64,000 nt of DNA, from assembly GCF_003991155.1 (NCBI RefSeq), contig NZ_CP031293.1. The stretch is one strand, 5' to 3'. Origin of the DNA: Escherichia coli (GTDB taxonomy: Bacteria > Pseudomonadota > Gammaproteobacteria > Enterobacterales > Enterobacteriaceae). This document shows positions 11,386 to 21,308 of the stretch, piece after piece. The first letter of the stretch is position 1, and each line of letters begins with the position of its first letter. The notes beneath the pieces were generated by a model that did no database searches, had not been told where the DNA came from, and worked only from the letters and a program-made list of their open reading frames with translations. Made by a program: the position numbers and the translations under genes.

Positions 11386-11790
11386 AACATAATTCTACAG
11401 ATGGCACAGTATCCCCCTGATACAGGTAAAAACTTATTTCACGGAAACCGGCATAGCAAACTGGATGACACAATACCGGGCAAAACGATAAGTATGGTTA
11501 CTATATGAAACGGAATACTCCCGTTTCGTATTATTTTTTTTGACTGATATCAACGGGACGAATTAACTGACAGGATATTTACTGGAAAGTGTCTGCATAT
11601 TGCTCAATATATTTTTAATGGAAATGTATTCTCCATTAATATTTATGGTGTGATTGTGTTTCCCTGTGTGTCAGCTTCCGCTAAACCCCTTGCTGCAAAT
11701 TACCGATCATTGTATTGTTGCGCCGCGCCTGCAAAATCAGGCGTCGGGATTGGAACCCTGATAAGTGTTACAGGCGACATATAGCGCATT

Positions 11791-12426
11791 TTGCGTCTTT
11801 TTTATGTCGTGCGTCTGGCTGCATCTCAATGGTGGGCTGGACGGGGGCGTCGCAAGACGCGCCGGTTTCCTGTAACACCGGTAGTTCCAACCCCGTTCAG
11901 TTCACCACCAATGAGATTGGAACCTCTGGTGGTGGAATTACCACCCGTTACAGGAGGCTATCCTATGGTTATCATCCTTTCCCCTGACTGCGACTTACTT
12001 TCCATCCCCTTCAGTGCCACCACGGATTTCACCGATCTGGCCGACTACTGCGATCGCTTCGCTGAAACCCTGATCGAATGCCACGATCCGGCGCTGAAAA
12101 TGGCGCTTTATGGCAGGATCAACGCCAGCCTTGCGCTGCTGCGTCCCTCGTTGGGCGAGCCGATCCCGCTGCACCTGATCGACCGTTTCATTGTGGACAC
12201 GCTTCCCGACGTTTCACCGCGCTTTGAACCCGGCGCAGGGCTGCTCTGTGACTACTGTCTGGCGCTGACGCAGGTATTAAGCGGGCGGTCGCTGCTGCCG
12301 GAAACCGAAACCACACTGACCGGGTTGCTGTGCGAACTGGTCTGGTATTTTGCCGCCGACCTTAAAGCGCCGCAGTGGCTGCGCACCGCTGATGGCTTAC
12401 AGGTTATTGACGGGGGGACGGTATGA
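11791..12426 (+). CDS. hypothetical protein, translationally coupled to the downstream Ner-like gene
   Basis: GC-rich ORF whose stop overlaps the Ner-like start (ATGA at 12423-12426); true start uncertain. Confidence 0.35.
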   Translation: MRLFYVVRLAASQWWAGRGRRKTRRFPVTPVVPTPFSSPPMRLEPLVVELPPVTGGYPMVIILSPDCDLLSIPFSATTDFTDLADYCDRFAETLIECHDPALKMALYGRINASLALLRPSLGEPIPLHLIDRFIVDTLPDVSPRFEPGAGLLCDYCLALTQVLSGRSLLPETETTLTGLLCELVWYFAADLKAPQWLRTADGLQVIDGGTV

Positions 12427-12677
12427 TGCAACCGGACTGGCATCCCGCCGATATCATGGCAGCACTGCGAAAACGTGGTACGTCGCTGGCAGCGGTTTCC
12501 CGCAAAGCGGGACTGGCGTCCGCCACACTGGCAAACGCGCTGAGCCGCTCCTGGCCGCGTGGCGAAAAACTCATTGCGGATGCGCTGGAAACATCACCGG
12601 AAATTATCTGGCCGTCCAGATATTTCGATGATCAGGGCAACCGTATTGTAAGGCTCATGCGAAAGCAGTGCTCCTGA
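12423..12677 (+). CDS. Ner/Nlp-family DNA-binding protein
   Basis: DWHPADIMAALRKRGTSLAAVSRKAGLASATLANALSRSWPRGEKLIADAL...IWPSRY matches E. coli Nlp / Mu Ner closely from memory. Confidence 0.8.
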   Translation: MMQPDWHPADIMAALRKRGTSLAAVSRKAGLASATLANALSRSWPRGEKLIADALETSPEIIWPSRYFDDQGNRIVRLMRKQCS

Positions 12678-12796
12678 TGACAGAAGTGTCAGAAACACGA
12701 TTACAGTAAAATCAGGCTCTCCCGGCTCTCTGCCTGCTTCTGCTGGCGGAGAGCCGGGAGAAGACAAGCGAAGCGCGGCAGGATGCCATCCCGCTG

Positions 12797-13099
12797 TTGA
12801 TAACAGTCACAACCGGAGTCGTTTTTATGCACATGTTTAATCCACCCCATCCGGGTGACGTCCTTCGCGATTATCTGGACGGCGTGAGCATCACGCAGGC
12901 CGCTTCCCGGCTTCAGGTATCGCGCTCGCGGTTATCCCGTATCCTCAATGGACATGCACCAGTGACGGCTGATATGGCGCTACGTCTGGCGGCGCTGCTG
13001 AATACCCGCGCTGAACTGTGGACGGGGATGCAGTCTGAGTATGGCCTCTGGCAGGCGTCACAAAAACCACGACCCGTTATCCGGTCATTGCGGGGTTAA
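12797..13099 (+). CDS. HigA-family HTH (XRE-type) antitoxin-like protein, no adjacent HigB-like toxin ORF
   Basis: NPPHPGDVLRDYLDGVSITQAASRLQVSRSRLSRILNGHAPVTADMALRLAALLNT...ELW is the HigA/VapI pattern; likely start at internal Met (12827 or 12833). Confidence 0.7.
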   Translation: MITVTTGVVFMHMFNPPHPGDVLRDYLDGVSITQAASRLQVSRSRLSRILNGHAPVTADMALRLAALLNTRAELWTGMQSEYGLWQASQKPRPVIRSLRG

Positions 13100-13186
13100 C
13101 TCAGCATTTTACATTCACAAATACACGATAAAATCAGGGGGAAAACCAATATCCAGAAAAATGAGTTTCCCCTTTCTGCGCCAGAA

Positions 13187-15521
13187 ATAACGGTGTAATC
13201 TCCCTCCTGCATTGTCGCCTTCGGGCACCCTTTGGCTTCATGGTCTGCAAGAAGCCCCTGATTTATCAGGATGACCAGCCCTTACTACCGGTACGACCTC
13301 CGCAATACCGGAACGCGAAAGCGTTTGAGGCTAAGAGTACATACACCCGAACGGCTTCATCGTCATTGCTTAACGGCAACAGTCTTCACCGGCTGAACGG
13401 CTTTTCTTTGCCGGAATTTCCCGACTGCCCCATACCCAGCTGAAAACAGCGCCCTTTACATGACGGGCTGCGGCCTGCATTGCCGTCAGGCTTTGCTGCC
13501 GCGTGACCGTCATTCTGCACCAGAAACGCAACGTTTACCCCCTGCACCAGATGAGGCGTCACTTTGGTCGCGCCAGCGAAAAAGCAAAGTGACGCCGTAC
13601 AACATACCGCCGCAAGCCGCGCCAGTTCTGGCCTGCGTCCTGTTTCCGCCGTCTGACATGCCCTTTGGGGCGCTGTCAGTCCAGAGTAAAGGAGAAAAAG
13701 ATCGATACCGAGGGGGGCACGACGCCCCGGAGATACCCCTGCTTCGTCAGGCAGTCTGTACCGCGTACAGCCTGAAACTCCCTAAACCTCAACAATCAGC
13801 CACTCCGGCGTGAAGGTATCGTTCTGGCGCAGCCAAAAAGCACACGCCGGAGACTGTTTGTTTTTTGTTGCAGGGGGTAGTTATGAGCAAATTAAGCAGT
13901 GAAATGAAGGCGCTGGCGAAAAAAGCAGGCGGTAGTTTCAGAACGGTGGACTACCGTATCCATGCCACGAAGCGGTTCAGTCAGCATTTACGCGAACTGA
14001 ATATTCAGATCCAGCGGGTGGAGCAGATCAAAGTTCGCCATATCGAATGCTATATTCAGGAGCGGCTGGAGCAGGATATTGGCCTGCGCACGCTGCAAAA
14101 CGAAATGGCGGCGCTGCGGGCCGTGCTGAGGCTGGCGGGACGCCGGCAGGTGGTGGAGCATCCGCGCCTGACCAATAAGGCGCTGGGGCTGTCAGGTGCT
14201 TCGCGCAACGGCACGCGTCGCGCCATCACGCCGGAACATTATGAAAAAGTGATGGAGAACGCCCGCGCACAGGATGCGGGGCTGGCGGCAGCGGTGGAGA
14301 TCGCGCGACTGATGGGATTACGCTCGCAGGAGGCGGTACAGAGTTCACAGTCGCTGAAAACGTGGCTGAAAGCCATTTCCCGCGGCGAAACCCGGCTGAA
14401 AGTGGTGTTTGGCACCAAAGGCGGGCGTCCGCGTTACACGACGCTCCTGGACGCTGGCGCAGTCAGGAAGGCGGTGGAAAACGCATTACCGATCGCCAGA
14501 CAGCGCAATGGCAGGCTGATCGACAAGCCAGACCTTAAAACGGCGCTGGAGAGCTGGCACAAACAGGCCATTAAGGCGGGGCTGAAAGGGGAATTTTCCC
14601 CGCACTCGCTGCGTTATGCGTGGGCGCAGGACGCGATCCGCCATTATCTGGCGCAGGGATTCAGCGAAAAGGAATCGCTGGCGCTGACGGCGACGGATCT
14701 GGGTCATGGCGACGGTCGCGGCCGCTGGGTGAAACAGGTGTACGGCTACCGCTGGAAGGAGGAATAACGGCTTTCATGAATGGCGCAAAATAGTACGTTA
14801 CTGCGTAACGACAGCGATTTATCGTACCCTCTGTACCGGATCTGGCGCAGGGGGCGAGCGGGTTTGTATTGTGAAAATATCGTTACAGCATGACGAATAA
14901 ATATCAATAGCTCAGATTTTCCTGCTGAACCAATGTAGCTCGCCGGAATATTATAGTGATTACCCGGTAATCACTCGAAACGATCCCGATTAATAGCTGG
15001 TGTTTCAATCGTTTTACCGATATTACAGGTACAGGGTCGGGAAATTTTAAAATGTAAACTCACCGAGGCATCACATTAATTCTGGCGCAGGATTATATCT
15101 GAATAATTCTCTCTGTGTTTTCCTGCATCCTGTGACATATATTGCATGGTCACAGAATGTCTCATGATTTTATAAAAAATGCTGCGACGGTTTTTGACAT
15201 CATAACCTGCTGCATATAGATTAATAATTTTCGGTGCTTCATGTTATTTTTTTGCGCTCTGTGATCGTTATCTGGTGGTGAAAATACAATCTGGTGCAGA
15301 CTGTCATGGTGCATTTCTGAATAAACTGGTTGCGCCAGAAAGGGAAAGGGCCATAAAGGTTAAGGGGCGATAAGGGTAACAGCGCCTGACCGGAAAGGGC
15401 CGAAAACCAAAGAGCCAGAAACTGGCGCAGTCCTGAATGTGTGAAGTGGCGAGACGCTGGCGCAGATAACCGATCTTCCGGGGCTGGTGCAGATTATTTC
15501 GTCTCTGTATATCTGGTGCAG
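13187..15521. repeat. dispersed array of at least 10 copies of the decamer TCTGG(C/T)GCAG
   Basis: Copies at 13187-13195 (inverted), 13823-13832, 14841-14850, 15081-15090, 15289-15298, 15330-15338 (inverted, degenerate), 15421-15430, 15456-15465, 15483-15492, 15512-15521; mostly in non-coding DNA flanking the integrase-family gene. Confidence 0.7.
13883..14767 (+). CDS. tyrosine-recombinase (phage integrase) family protein, short form
   Basis: C-terminal FSPHSLRYAWAQDAIRHYL...GRWVKQVYGY has the HxxR...H...Y pattern of tyrosine recombinase catalytic domains; AGGGGG Shine-Dalgarno precedes ATG 13883. Confidence 0.5.
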   Translation: MSKLSSEMKALAKKAGGSFRTVDYRIHATKRFSQHLRELNIQIQRVEQIKVRHIECYIQERLEQDIGLRTLQNEMAALRAVLRLAGRRQVVEHPRLTNKALGLSGASRNGTRRAITPEHYEKVMENARAQDAGLAAAVEIARLMGLRSQEAVQSSQSLKTWLKAISRGETRLKVVFGTKGGRPRYTTLLDAGAVRKAVENALPIARQRNGRLIDKPDLKTALESWHKQAIKAGLKGEFSPHSLRYAWAQDAIRHYLAQGFSEKESLALTATDLGHGDGRGRWVKQVYGYRWKEE

Positions 15522-15579
15522 TTATAATATGTATCAGGGAAGGCTGTCCGGTATTTTATGACGCCTCTTTTAGAGTATA

Positions 15580-15654
15580 TTAATTGGTATTTCCGTGAAA
15601 ATATCGCTTATTGATAGTTTTTCATCTTCCGTGATTAACGCGTTAATCACGGAA
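15580..15654. promoter_or_regulatory. two adjacent palindromes (candidate operator or hairpin sites)
   Basis: Perfect 30-bp palindrome CTTCCGTGATTAACG/CGTTAATCACGGAAG, then an inverted repeat TACCTATCAA(N11)TTGATAGGTA. Confidence 0.4.
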
Positions 15655-15776
15655 GACTGTTACCTATCAAAAAAAGATATATTGATAGGTAACGGTCAAA
15701 TTTTATTTGGGGCCAAATAATTGTAGATACTTTCCGATTGGTAATAAAAAAGAACAACGGCAATACCTCTCAATAC

Positions 15777-15814
15777 AAAAAAGCAGATCCCGGCCAATCA
15801 GGATCTGCTTTTCC
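15777..15814 (-). terminator. intrinsic terminator downstream of the P4-type integrase reading frame
   Basis: Inverted repeat AAAAGCAGATCC...GGATCTGCTTTT followed on the minus strand by a T-run. Confidence 0.55.
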
Positions 15815-15841
15815 ATTTTAATGATTTCAGCTATTTATGAC

Positions 15842-17104
15842 TCAGGCTGCCTTATGCTGCCGCGCATAAATATACGGCGCGACATACCCCTCGCGGCACA
15901 CATCCAGATAATCCGACCACCACTGCATCATGGCCTTTCTGGCCTCCAGATGCTCCGCTTTATGCACATAGGCCGCCCGCACGCTGTTACGCTCCTAGTG
16001 GCTCATTTGCCGTTCCACCGTATCGCGTGACCAGAGATCCGACTCTACCAGGGCGCTACAGGCCATTGCGCGAAGTCCATGTCCGCACACATCGGTTTTC
16101 GTATCATACCCCATCAGGCGCAGCGCCCGGTTGGTTGTGTTTTCGCTCATTGGCTTGTACGGGTTATGGTCGCCGGGGAATACCAGATCCAGATGGCCGG
16201 AAAGCTCCTGTATCTGTTTCAGAATGGCAATCGCCTGGCGGGAGAGTGGCACGATATGCGGACTACGCATTTTTGCGCCACGCCCCGAAAACCGTACTTT
16301 GTCGATGGCCTCGCGGGTGGCGGGGATGGTCCAGATTTTGTGCCTGAAATCAATCTCGCTCCAGCGGGCGAAACGCAGTTCGCTGGAACGGATGAACAGG
16401 TGCAGTGTCAGCACCACCGCCAGCCGGGTTAACTCCCGGCCCTGCCGGTAATCGCCAATACGATCGAGCAATTCAGGCAACCGCTCCAGCGGTAAAGCGG
16501 GATAGTGATTCTTGACGGGAGAGGCGACTACACCATCCAGATGCTGCGCCGGGTTGCTTTCGGTCAGTCCCTGCTGAACGGCATAGCGCATGATGTTGCT
16601 GAGTTGCTGCCGGGTTCGGGACGCGACTTCCAGAAAGCCCTTATCCTCAATAACCCGCAGCAAAGCCGTGAAATCCTGCGTTTTAAGCGCAGCAACGGGC
16701 AGATGACCAATCGCCGGGAAGATATGGTTTTCCATACTGGCGAGAATACGGGCGGCATAATCAGCCGACCATTTTTTGTTGGTTTTGTGCCAGGCCAGCG
16801 CCACCGCCTTAAAGCACTTTTCAGGGGAGCAGGCGGATTTCTCTGCCATACGCTGTTGCGCCGGGTTGATATTCTGCGCCAGTAGCTTGCGGATACCGTC
16901 GCGCTGTTGCCTGGCTTCTGCCAATGAGACAAGCGGATATGCGCCAAGACTGACTCTGGATTCTTTTCCGTTGAAACGATATTTGAGATACCAGATGCGT
17001 GAACCACCCGGATTGACGAGCAGATACAGACCCTGAGAGTCGGAGAGTTTTACCGGACGGGAAGAAGACTTTAACTTGCGGATTTTAGAATCGTTTAAAG
17101 ACAT
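15842..17104 (-). pseudogene. P4-type tyrosine integrase interrupted by an in-frame amber codon (TAG at 15995-15997)
   Basis: N-terminus MSLNDSKIRKLK...GLYLLVNPGGSRIWYLKYRFNGKESRVSLGAYP is P4-integrase-like. Translation stops after ...VERQMSH, but the same frame continues ERNSVRAAYVHKAEHLEARKAMMQWWSDYLD... to a stop at 15842-15844; the catalytic-Tyr region lies after the amber. Confidence 0.75.
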
Positions 17105-17265
17105 TTGGGGGTCACTCCAGAATCGAACCAAACTGACCCCAGATCTGACCACCAAATTATCCCGATGCGGAGAGAAAATTAGATACGCACCGGGAAGGAT
17201 TTTCACGCTAACTTACTGAATCGTAAACAAATAGAGACGCATAGATAAGCATGAAAACTTGAATT

Positions 17266-17341
17266 TGGCTCCTCTGACTGGACTCGAACCAGTGACATAC
17301 GGATTAACAGTCCGCCGTTCTACCGACTGAACTACAGAGGA
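17266..17341 (-). tRNA. tRNA-Asn (GUU)
   Basis: 76-nt reverse complement of TCCTCTGTAGTTCAGTCGGTAGAACGGCGGACTGTTAATCCG...GGAGCCA; anticodon loop CUGUUAA. Confidence 0.95.
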
Positions 17342-17441
17342 ATCGTGAGAACGAGGCGAATATTAGCGACGCTCATCCACAATGTCAAAGCCTGTTTTTT
17401 AAATTTGAAATCGTTTGCTGAAATAATCTGCACTTTGTCGT

Positions 17442-19088
17442 TTATTCCGACACAACTGGCTTTTTTTCACACTTTTGCGGCTCAGGTCGAGGATATTTCC
17501 ACAGCCAACGTCCAGTAACCATTCGCCAGTAAAACAGCACGGCCCGCACAGCCCAGTCGGCAAACATTCCCATCCAGACACCAACTACACCCCAGCCAAG
17601 CATGATTCCCAGCACATAACCGACTACAACCCGGCAACCCCACATGCTCAACATAGAAACCCACATGGCGTAACGTGCATCGCGAGCACCCTTAAATCCA
17701 GCGGGTAGCACCCATGAGGCAGACCAAATAGGCATAAATAAAGCATTTAGCCAAATCAGAATCACAACGACATGTTTAACCTGTGGATCCTGGGTGTAAA
17801 ACGATGCCATAACCCCGGCAAAGGGAGCCGTTAGCCAGGCGATGGCCGTTAATCCAAGAGTGGACAGCCAGAACACATGCCGCAACTGAATCTCTGCTTG
17901 CGCTATCTGCCCTACCCCCAACCTTCGGCCTGTAATGATCGTAGAAGCAGAGCCGAGCGCACTTCCGGGTAAGTTGATAAGAGCCGCAATTGAAAACGCG
18001 ATAAAATTTCCGGCAATAACACTGGTCCCCATCCCGGCAACGAACATTTGGGTTAATAACCGACCACTGGTAAATAACACTGATTCGACACTCGCTGGAA
18101 TACCAATCCCCATGACTTCCCAGATAATGCTAAAATTCAGCGGGTTAAAATAGCTCTTTAACGAAATTCTTAGCGCAGGATTAAAACCAATCGCCAGCAC
18201 CCACAAAATTGCAACTGCGCCAATATAACGAGAAATGGTTAAACCCAACCCAGCCCCGACAAATCCCAGTCCCGGCCAGGAGAAAAGGCCGTAAATCAAT
18301 ATGCCGCTAATAATAATATTAAGAATATTCAGGCTACCGTTAATCAGTAGCGGTATTTTCGTATTCCCTGCACCACGAAGTGCCCCGCTACCAATCAAAG
18401 TGATGGCAGCTGCTGGATAACTGAGTACCGTCAGCTCCAGATAAGTCAACGCCAGTGCTTTAACTTCTGTCGTGGCATCACCCGCGACGAAATCAATAAT
18501 TTGTTCGCCAAAATGATGAATAAGCGTTGCCAACAGTACGGCAAACAACGTCATGATCACCAATGACTGCCGCGTCGCCACCCTCGCTCGTCGTCGATCC
18601 CGCTTACCGAGACAAAATGCCACAACGACAGTAGTACCAAGATCGATAGCAGCAAAAAAAGCCATAATGACCATATTGAAGCTGTCCGCCAATCCCACGC
18701 CGGCCATCGCATCTTTTCCCAGCCAGCTGACCAGAAAAGTGCTCAGGACCCCCATCAACAGGACACAGGCATTCTCCATGAAGATAGGAACAGCAAGCGG
18801 GGTTATCTCGCGCCAGAACAACACTTTGTAGCTCTTGCGTTTAGCGTGCCAGCGAGTGCCGTGAACAACCTGGCGTAAAGCAGAGGAGATATTCAAAGCC
18901 GACCTTAATTGCAGAAAGTGAAACCACATTTCAAATAATGAGGGAGAATCAGCAAAGCTGCAAAGATTTTCGCCAACAAATTGTCTGCAAATGCAACAAA
19001 CTGTTGATAGAAACGGCAAACGGTTGGGAAATTTAAAAATCGGGTTTGACAAAAGATTTTTCGCCGTTAAGATGTGCCTCAACAGCAA
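17442..19088 (-). CDS. yeeO: MATE-family efflux transporter YeeO
   Basis: 548-aa polytopic membrane protein in the yeeO position between two tRNA-Asn genes; N-terminal ~60 codons are not membrane-like, so the true start may be internal. Confidence 0.75.
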   Translation of the reverse strand: MLLRHILTAKNLLSNPIFKFPNRLPFLSTVCCICRQFVGENLCSFADSPSLFEMWFHFLQLRSALNISSALRQVVHGTRWHAKRKSYKVLFWREITPLAVPIFMENACVLLMGVLSTFLVSWLGKDAMAGVGLADSFNMVIMAFFAAIDLGTTVVVAFCLGKRDRRRARVATRQSLVIMTLFAVLLATLIHHFGEQIIDFVAGDATTEVKALALTYLELTVLSYPAAAITLIGSGALRGAGNTKIPLLINGSLNILNIIISGILIYGLFSWPGLGFVGAGLGLTISRYIGAVAILWVLAIGFNPALRISLKSYFNPLNFSIIWEVMGIGIPASVESVLFTSGRLLTQMFVAGMGTSVIAGNFIAFSIAALINLPGSALGSASTIITGRRLGVGQIAQAEIQLRHVFWLSTLGLTAIAWLTAPFAGVMASFYTQDPQVKHVVVILIWLNALFMPIWSASWVLPAGFKGARDARYAMWVSMLSMWGCRVVVGYVLGIMLGWGVVGVWMGMFADWAVRAVLFYWRMVTGRWLWKYPRPEPQKCEKKPVVSE

Positions 19089-19089
19089 T

Positions 19090-19165
19090 TCCTCTGTAGT
19101 TCAGTCGGTAGAACGGCGGACTGTTAATCCGTATGTCACTGGTTCGAGTCCAGTCAGAGGAGCCA
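19090..19165 (+). tRNA. tRNA-Asn (GUU)
   Basis: Sequence identical to the minus-strand copy at 17266-17341, ends in CCA. Confidence 0.95.
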
Positions 19166-19169
19166 AATT

Positions 19170-19203
19170 CAAAAAAGCCTGCTTTCAAGCAGGCTTTTTG
19201 CTT
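19170..19203 (+). terminator. intrinsic terminator after tRNA-Asn
   Basis: AAAAGCCTGCTTTCAAGCAGGCTTTTTGCTTTC stem-loop plus T-run. Confidence 0.6.
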
Positions 19204-19220
19204 TCTAATTACCAACGCTC

Positions 19221-20156
19221 TTAAAACATCTGTCTTGAACCAGAACTAATTTGCACAGGCATTCCCGATCGACGTTGCAACGCAGCATTTGCGCGATTTA
19301 CATCAACTTCTTGCCCGTTGATAAACGCCCGCAAAGATGGGGTTACCGGCAATGGTACTTTTCGGTCAGACTCATATTCTGCACGATTGCGCGACAGCGG
19401 CTCATGAACTTCCAGCCACTTTGAACCATCCGGTTCCGTTGTGTATTTCACTGGCTGATCAATAATTTGTACACGAGTGCCTACAGGAACATTATCAAAC
19501 AGATATTTGATATCGTCATTGCGCAGACGAATACAGCCCTGACTTACCCGGAGCCCAATACCAAAATTGGCATTGGTACCGTGGATGGCATATAGCCTGC
19601 CAATATAAATCGCATACAGCCCCATGGGATTATCAGGCCCCGCAGGAACAAATGCGGGCAAACTCTCCCCTCGTTTCGCATATTCGCGCCGAGTGTTCGG
19701 CGTTGGCGTCCAGGTTGGAGCTTCTTGTTTACGTTCAACGGTAGTCACCCAGTTACGCGGGGTTTCTCGCCCAGCCTGGCCGATACCAATAGGAAAGACT
19801 TCCACAGTATTACTGTCTGGTGGGTAGTAATAAAGACGCATCTCAGCGACGTTAACCACAATCCCTTTACGAACAGTGGCGGGCAAAATCAGTTGCTGCG
19901 GAATGGTGAGTTGCGAACCTGACTTCGGCAAGAAAACATCAGCGCCCGGATTCGCTTCCAGCATGTTACTTAACCCTTGCCCGTATTGTGCGGCAAAAGT
20001 CTCCAGCGGCTGGGTATTGTGATCAGGAACAGTTACAGTAAACGACTGCCCCACTAAACGGCTACCCTCTGGAGGTAATGGATAAGTTACCGCCAGGCTA
20101 GTATGGCTGGCAAAAAGCAGAGCAAATGAGCAAAGAATATTTACACGACGCATCAT
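19221..20156 (-). CDS. ldtA: L,D-transpeptidase LdtA (ErfK)
   Basis: 311 aa with signal peptide; YkuD-type domain motifs ([19 protein letters not shown]); position upstream of cobT as in E. coli. Confidence 0.8.
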   Translation of the reverse strand: MMRRVNILCSFALLFASHTSLAVTYPLPPEGSRLVGQSFTVTVPDHNTQPLETFAAQYGQGLSNMLEANPGADVFLPKSGSQLTIPQQLILPATVRKGIVVNVAEMRLYYYPPDSNTVEVFPIGIGQAGRETPRNWVTTVERKQEAPTWTPTPNTRREYAKRGESLPAFVPAGPDNPMGLYAIYIGRLYAIHGTNANFGIGLRVSQGCIRLRNDDIKYLFDNVPVGTRVQIIDQPVKYTTEPDGSKWLEVHEPLSRNRAEYESDRKVPLPVTPSLRAFINGQEVDVNRANAALQRRSGMPVQISSGSRQMF

Positions 20157-20217
20157 GTCCCTTTCCTATGTCGCGAAAGCTATCCATTAAGTATAGCTTT
20201 TATCAGACTTTTCGTTT

Positions 20218-21297
20218 TTAACTGTTCAAATCAGAAGTCGTATTCCCCGGTAGAACAATATTACTGGCAGCAAGTTCGCCCATGTTGTTGTATATCGCAC
20301 AAGCAGCTTCGATGATGGGCATCGCCAGAGCTGCGCCACTCCCCTCACCTAAACGCATCTCCATATTGAGATAAGGCTCCAGCCCCAAATGCGACAGCGC
20401 TATACGCGCCCCTTTTTCTGCCGACAGGTGAGAAGGAATGAGATACGGTTTGATTGCAGGAGACATCTGGCAGGCTGCGAGCGCAGCAGCATAAGAAAGA
20501 AATCCATCCAGCAACACGGGTAAACCGCAGGAAGCAGCGCCTAACATCACGCCAGCCATTCCGACCAAATCAAATCCACCCACTTTTGCCAGAACATTAA
20601 CGCCATCCTGCGGATTTGGCTGATTCAACGTAATCGCCCGGCGCACAACATCAATTTTATTAGCCAGTTTATCTGTCGGCAGGTTTGCGCCAATCCCAAC
20701 CACTTCTTCAGGATCCCGGCCAGTGATTGTGCTGACTATTGCTGCTGCCGGTGTCGTGTTTGCCATCCCCAGTTCACCTACACCAAACAGCGTGACACCG
20801 TTTTTTGCCAGCTCCCGCGTATAACATATGACGTCCAAAAGCAACTTTTCAGCCTGACGGCGACTCATTGCCGGAGCTGAAGCAATATTGCCGCTACCTC
20901 GTGCGACACGCATGTTGATAAGCCCGGGGATAGGCTCAGCAGTATCAATACCAACATCAATTACGTGGACGTTAGCGCCCGCTTGTGCTGCCAGCACACA
21001 CACGCCGGTTGTTCCGCGGGTCATATTTTCAGCCTGAATGGCTGTGACTTCTTTTGGGGAAATAGCGACCCCTTCCTCCCAGACGCCGTGATCGGCACAC
21101 ATAACCAGTACCGCTTTTTTGCCCACATGCGGTATGCCATTCAACCCCGGCATTCCCGCCAGTTGTACGCCAAGCGCCTCCAGCCTTCCCAGGCTACCAA
21201 CAGGTTTGAGTAACCCGTCAATATGCCGTTGTGCACGCGACATAGCGGCAGGATCGATGGCAGGGATCGTATTCAGTAAATTGGCAAGTGTTTGCAT
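20218..21297 (-). CDS. cobT: nicotinate-nucleotide--dimethylbenzimidazole phosphoribosyltransferase CobT
   Basis: 359 aa; N-terminus [19 protein letters not shown]... and gene order cobU-cobS-cobT. Confidence 0.85.
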   Translation of the reverse strand: MQTLANLLNTIPAIDPAAMSRAQRHIDGLLKPVGSLGRLEALGVQLAGMPGLNGIPHVGKKAVLVMCADHGVWEEGVAISPKEVTAIQAENMTRGTTGVCVLAAQAGANVHVIDVGIDTAEPIPGLINMRVARGSGNIASAPAMSRRQAEKLLLDVICYTRELAKNGVTLFGVGELGMANTTPAAAIVSTITGRDPEEVVGIGANLPTDKLANKIDVVRRAITLNQPNPQDGVNVLAKVGGFDLVGMAGVMLGAASCGLPVLLDGFLSYAAALAACQMSPAIKPYLIPSHLSAEKGARIALSHLGLEPYLNMEMRLGEGSGAALAMPIIEAACAIYNNMGELAASNIVLPGNTTSDLNS

Positions 21298-21308
21298 GTC
21301 ACGTCTCT

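Noticed and set aside
13240-13813. Two plus-strand ORFs (67 and 117 aa) upstream of the integrase-family gene
   Set aside because: Pro/Arg-rich translations typical of GC-rich non-coding DNA, no ribosome-binding context; region is better explained as regulatory DNA containing decamer motif copies.
15707-16030. 107-aa plus-strand ORF
   Set aside because: Lies antisense to the conserved C-terminal coding region of the P4-type integrase (which reads ERNSVRAAYVHKAEH... on the minus strand); no protein-like features.
16027-17036. Several 86-147-aa ORFs on both strands
   Set aside because: All are nested within or antisense to the P4-type integrase gene and have low-complexity Arg/Pro-rich translations.
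17475-18831. Plus-strand ORFs within the yeeO interval
   Set aside because: Antisense to a polytopic membrane protein gene; no independent support.
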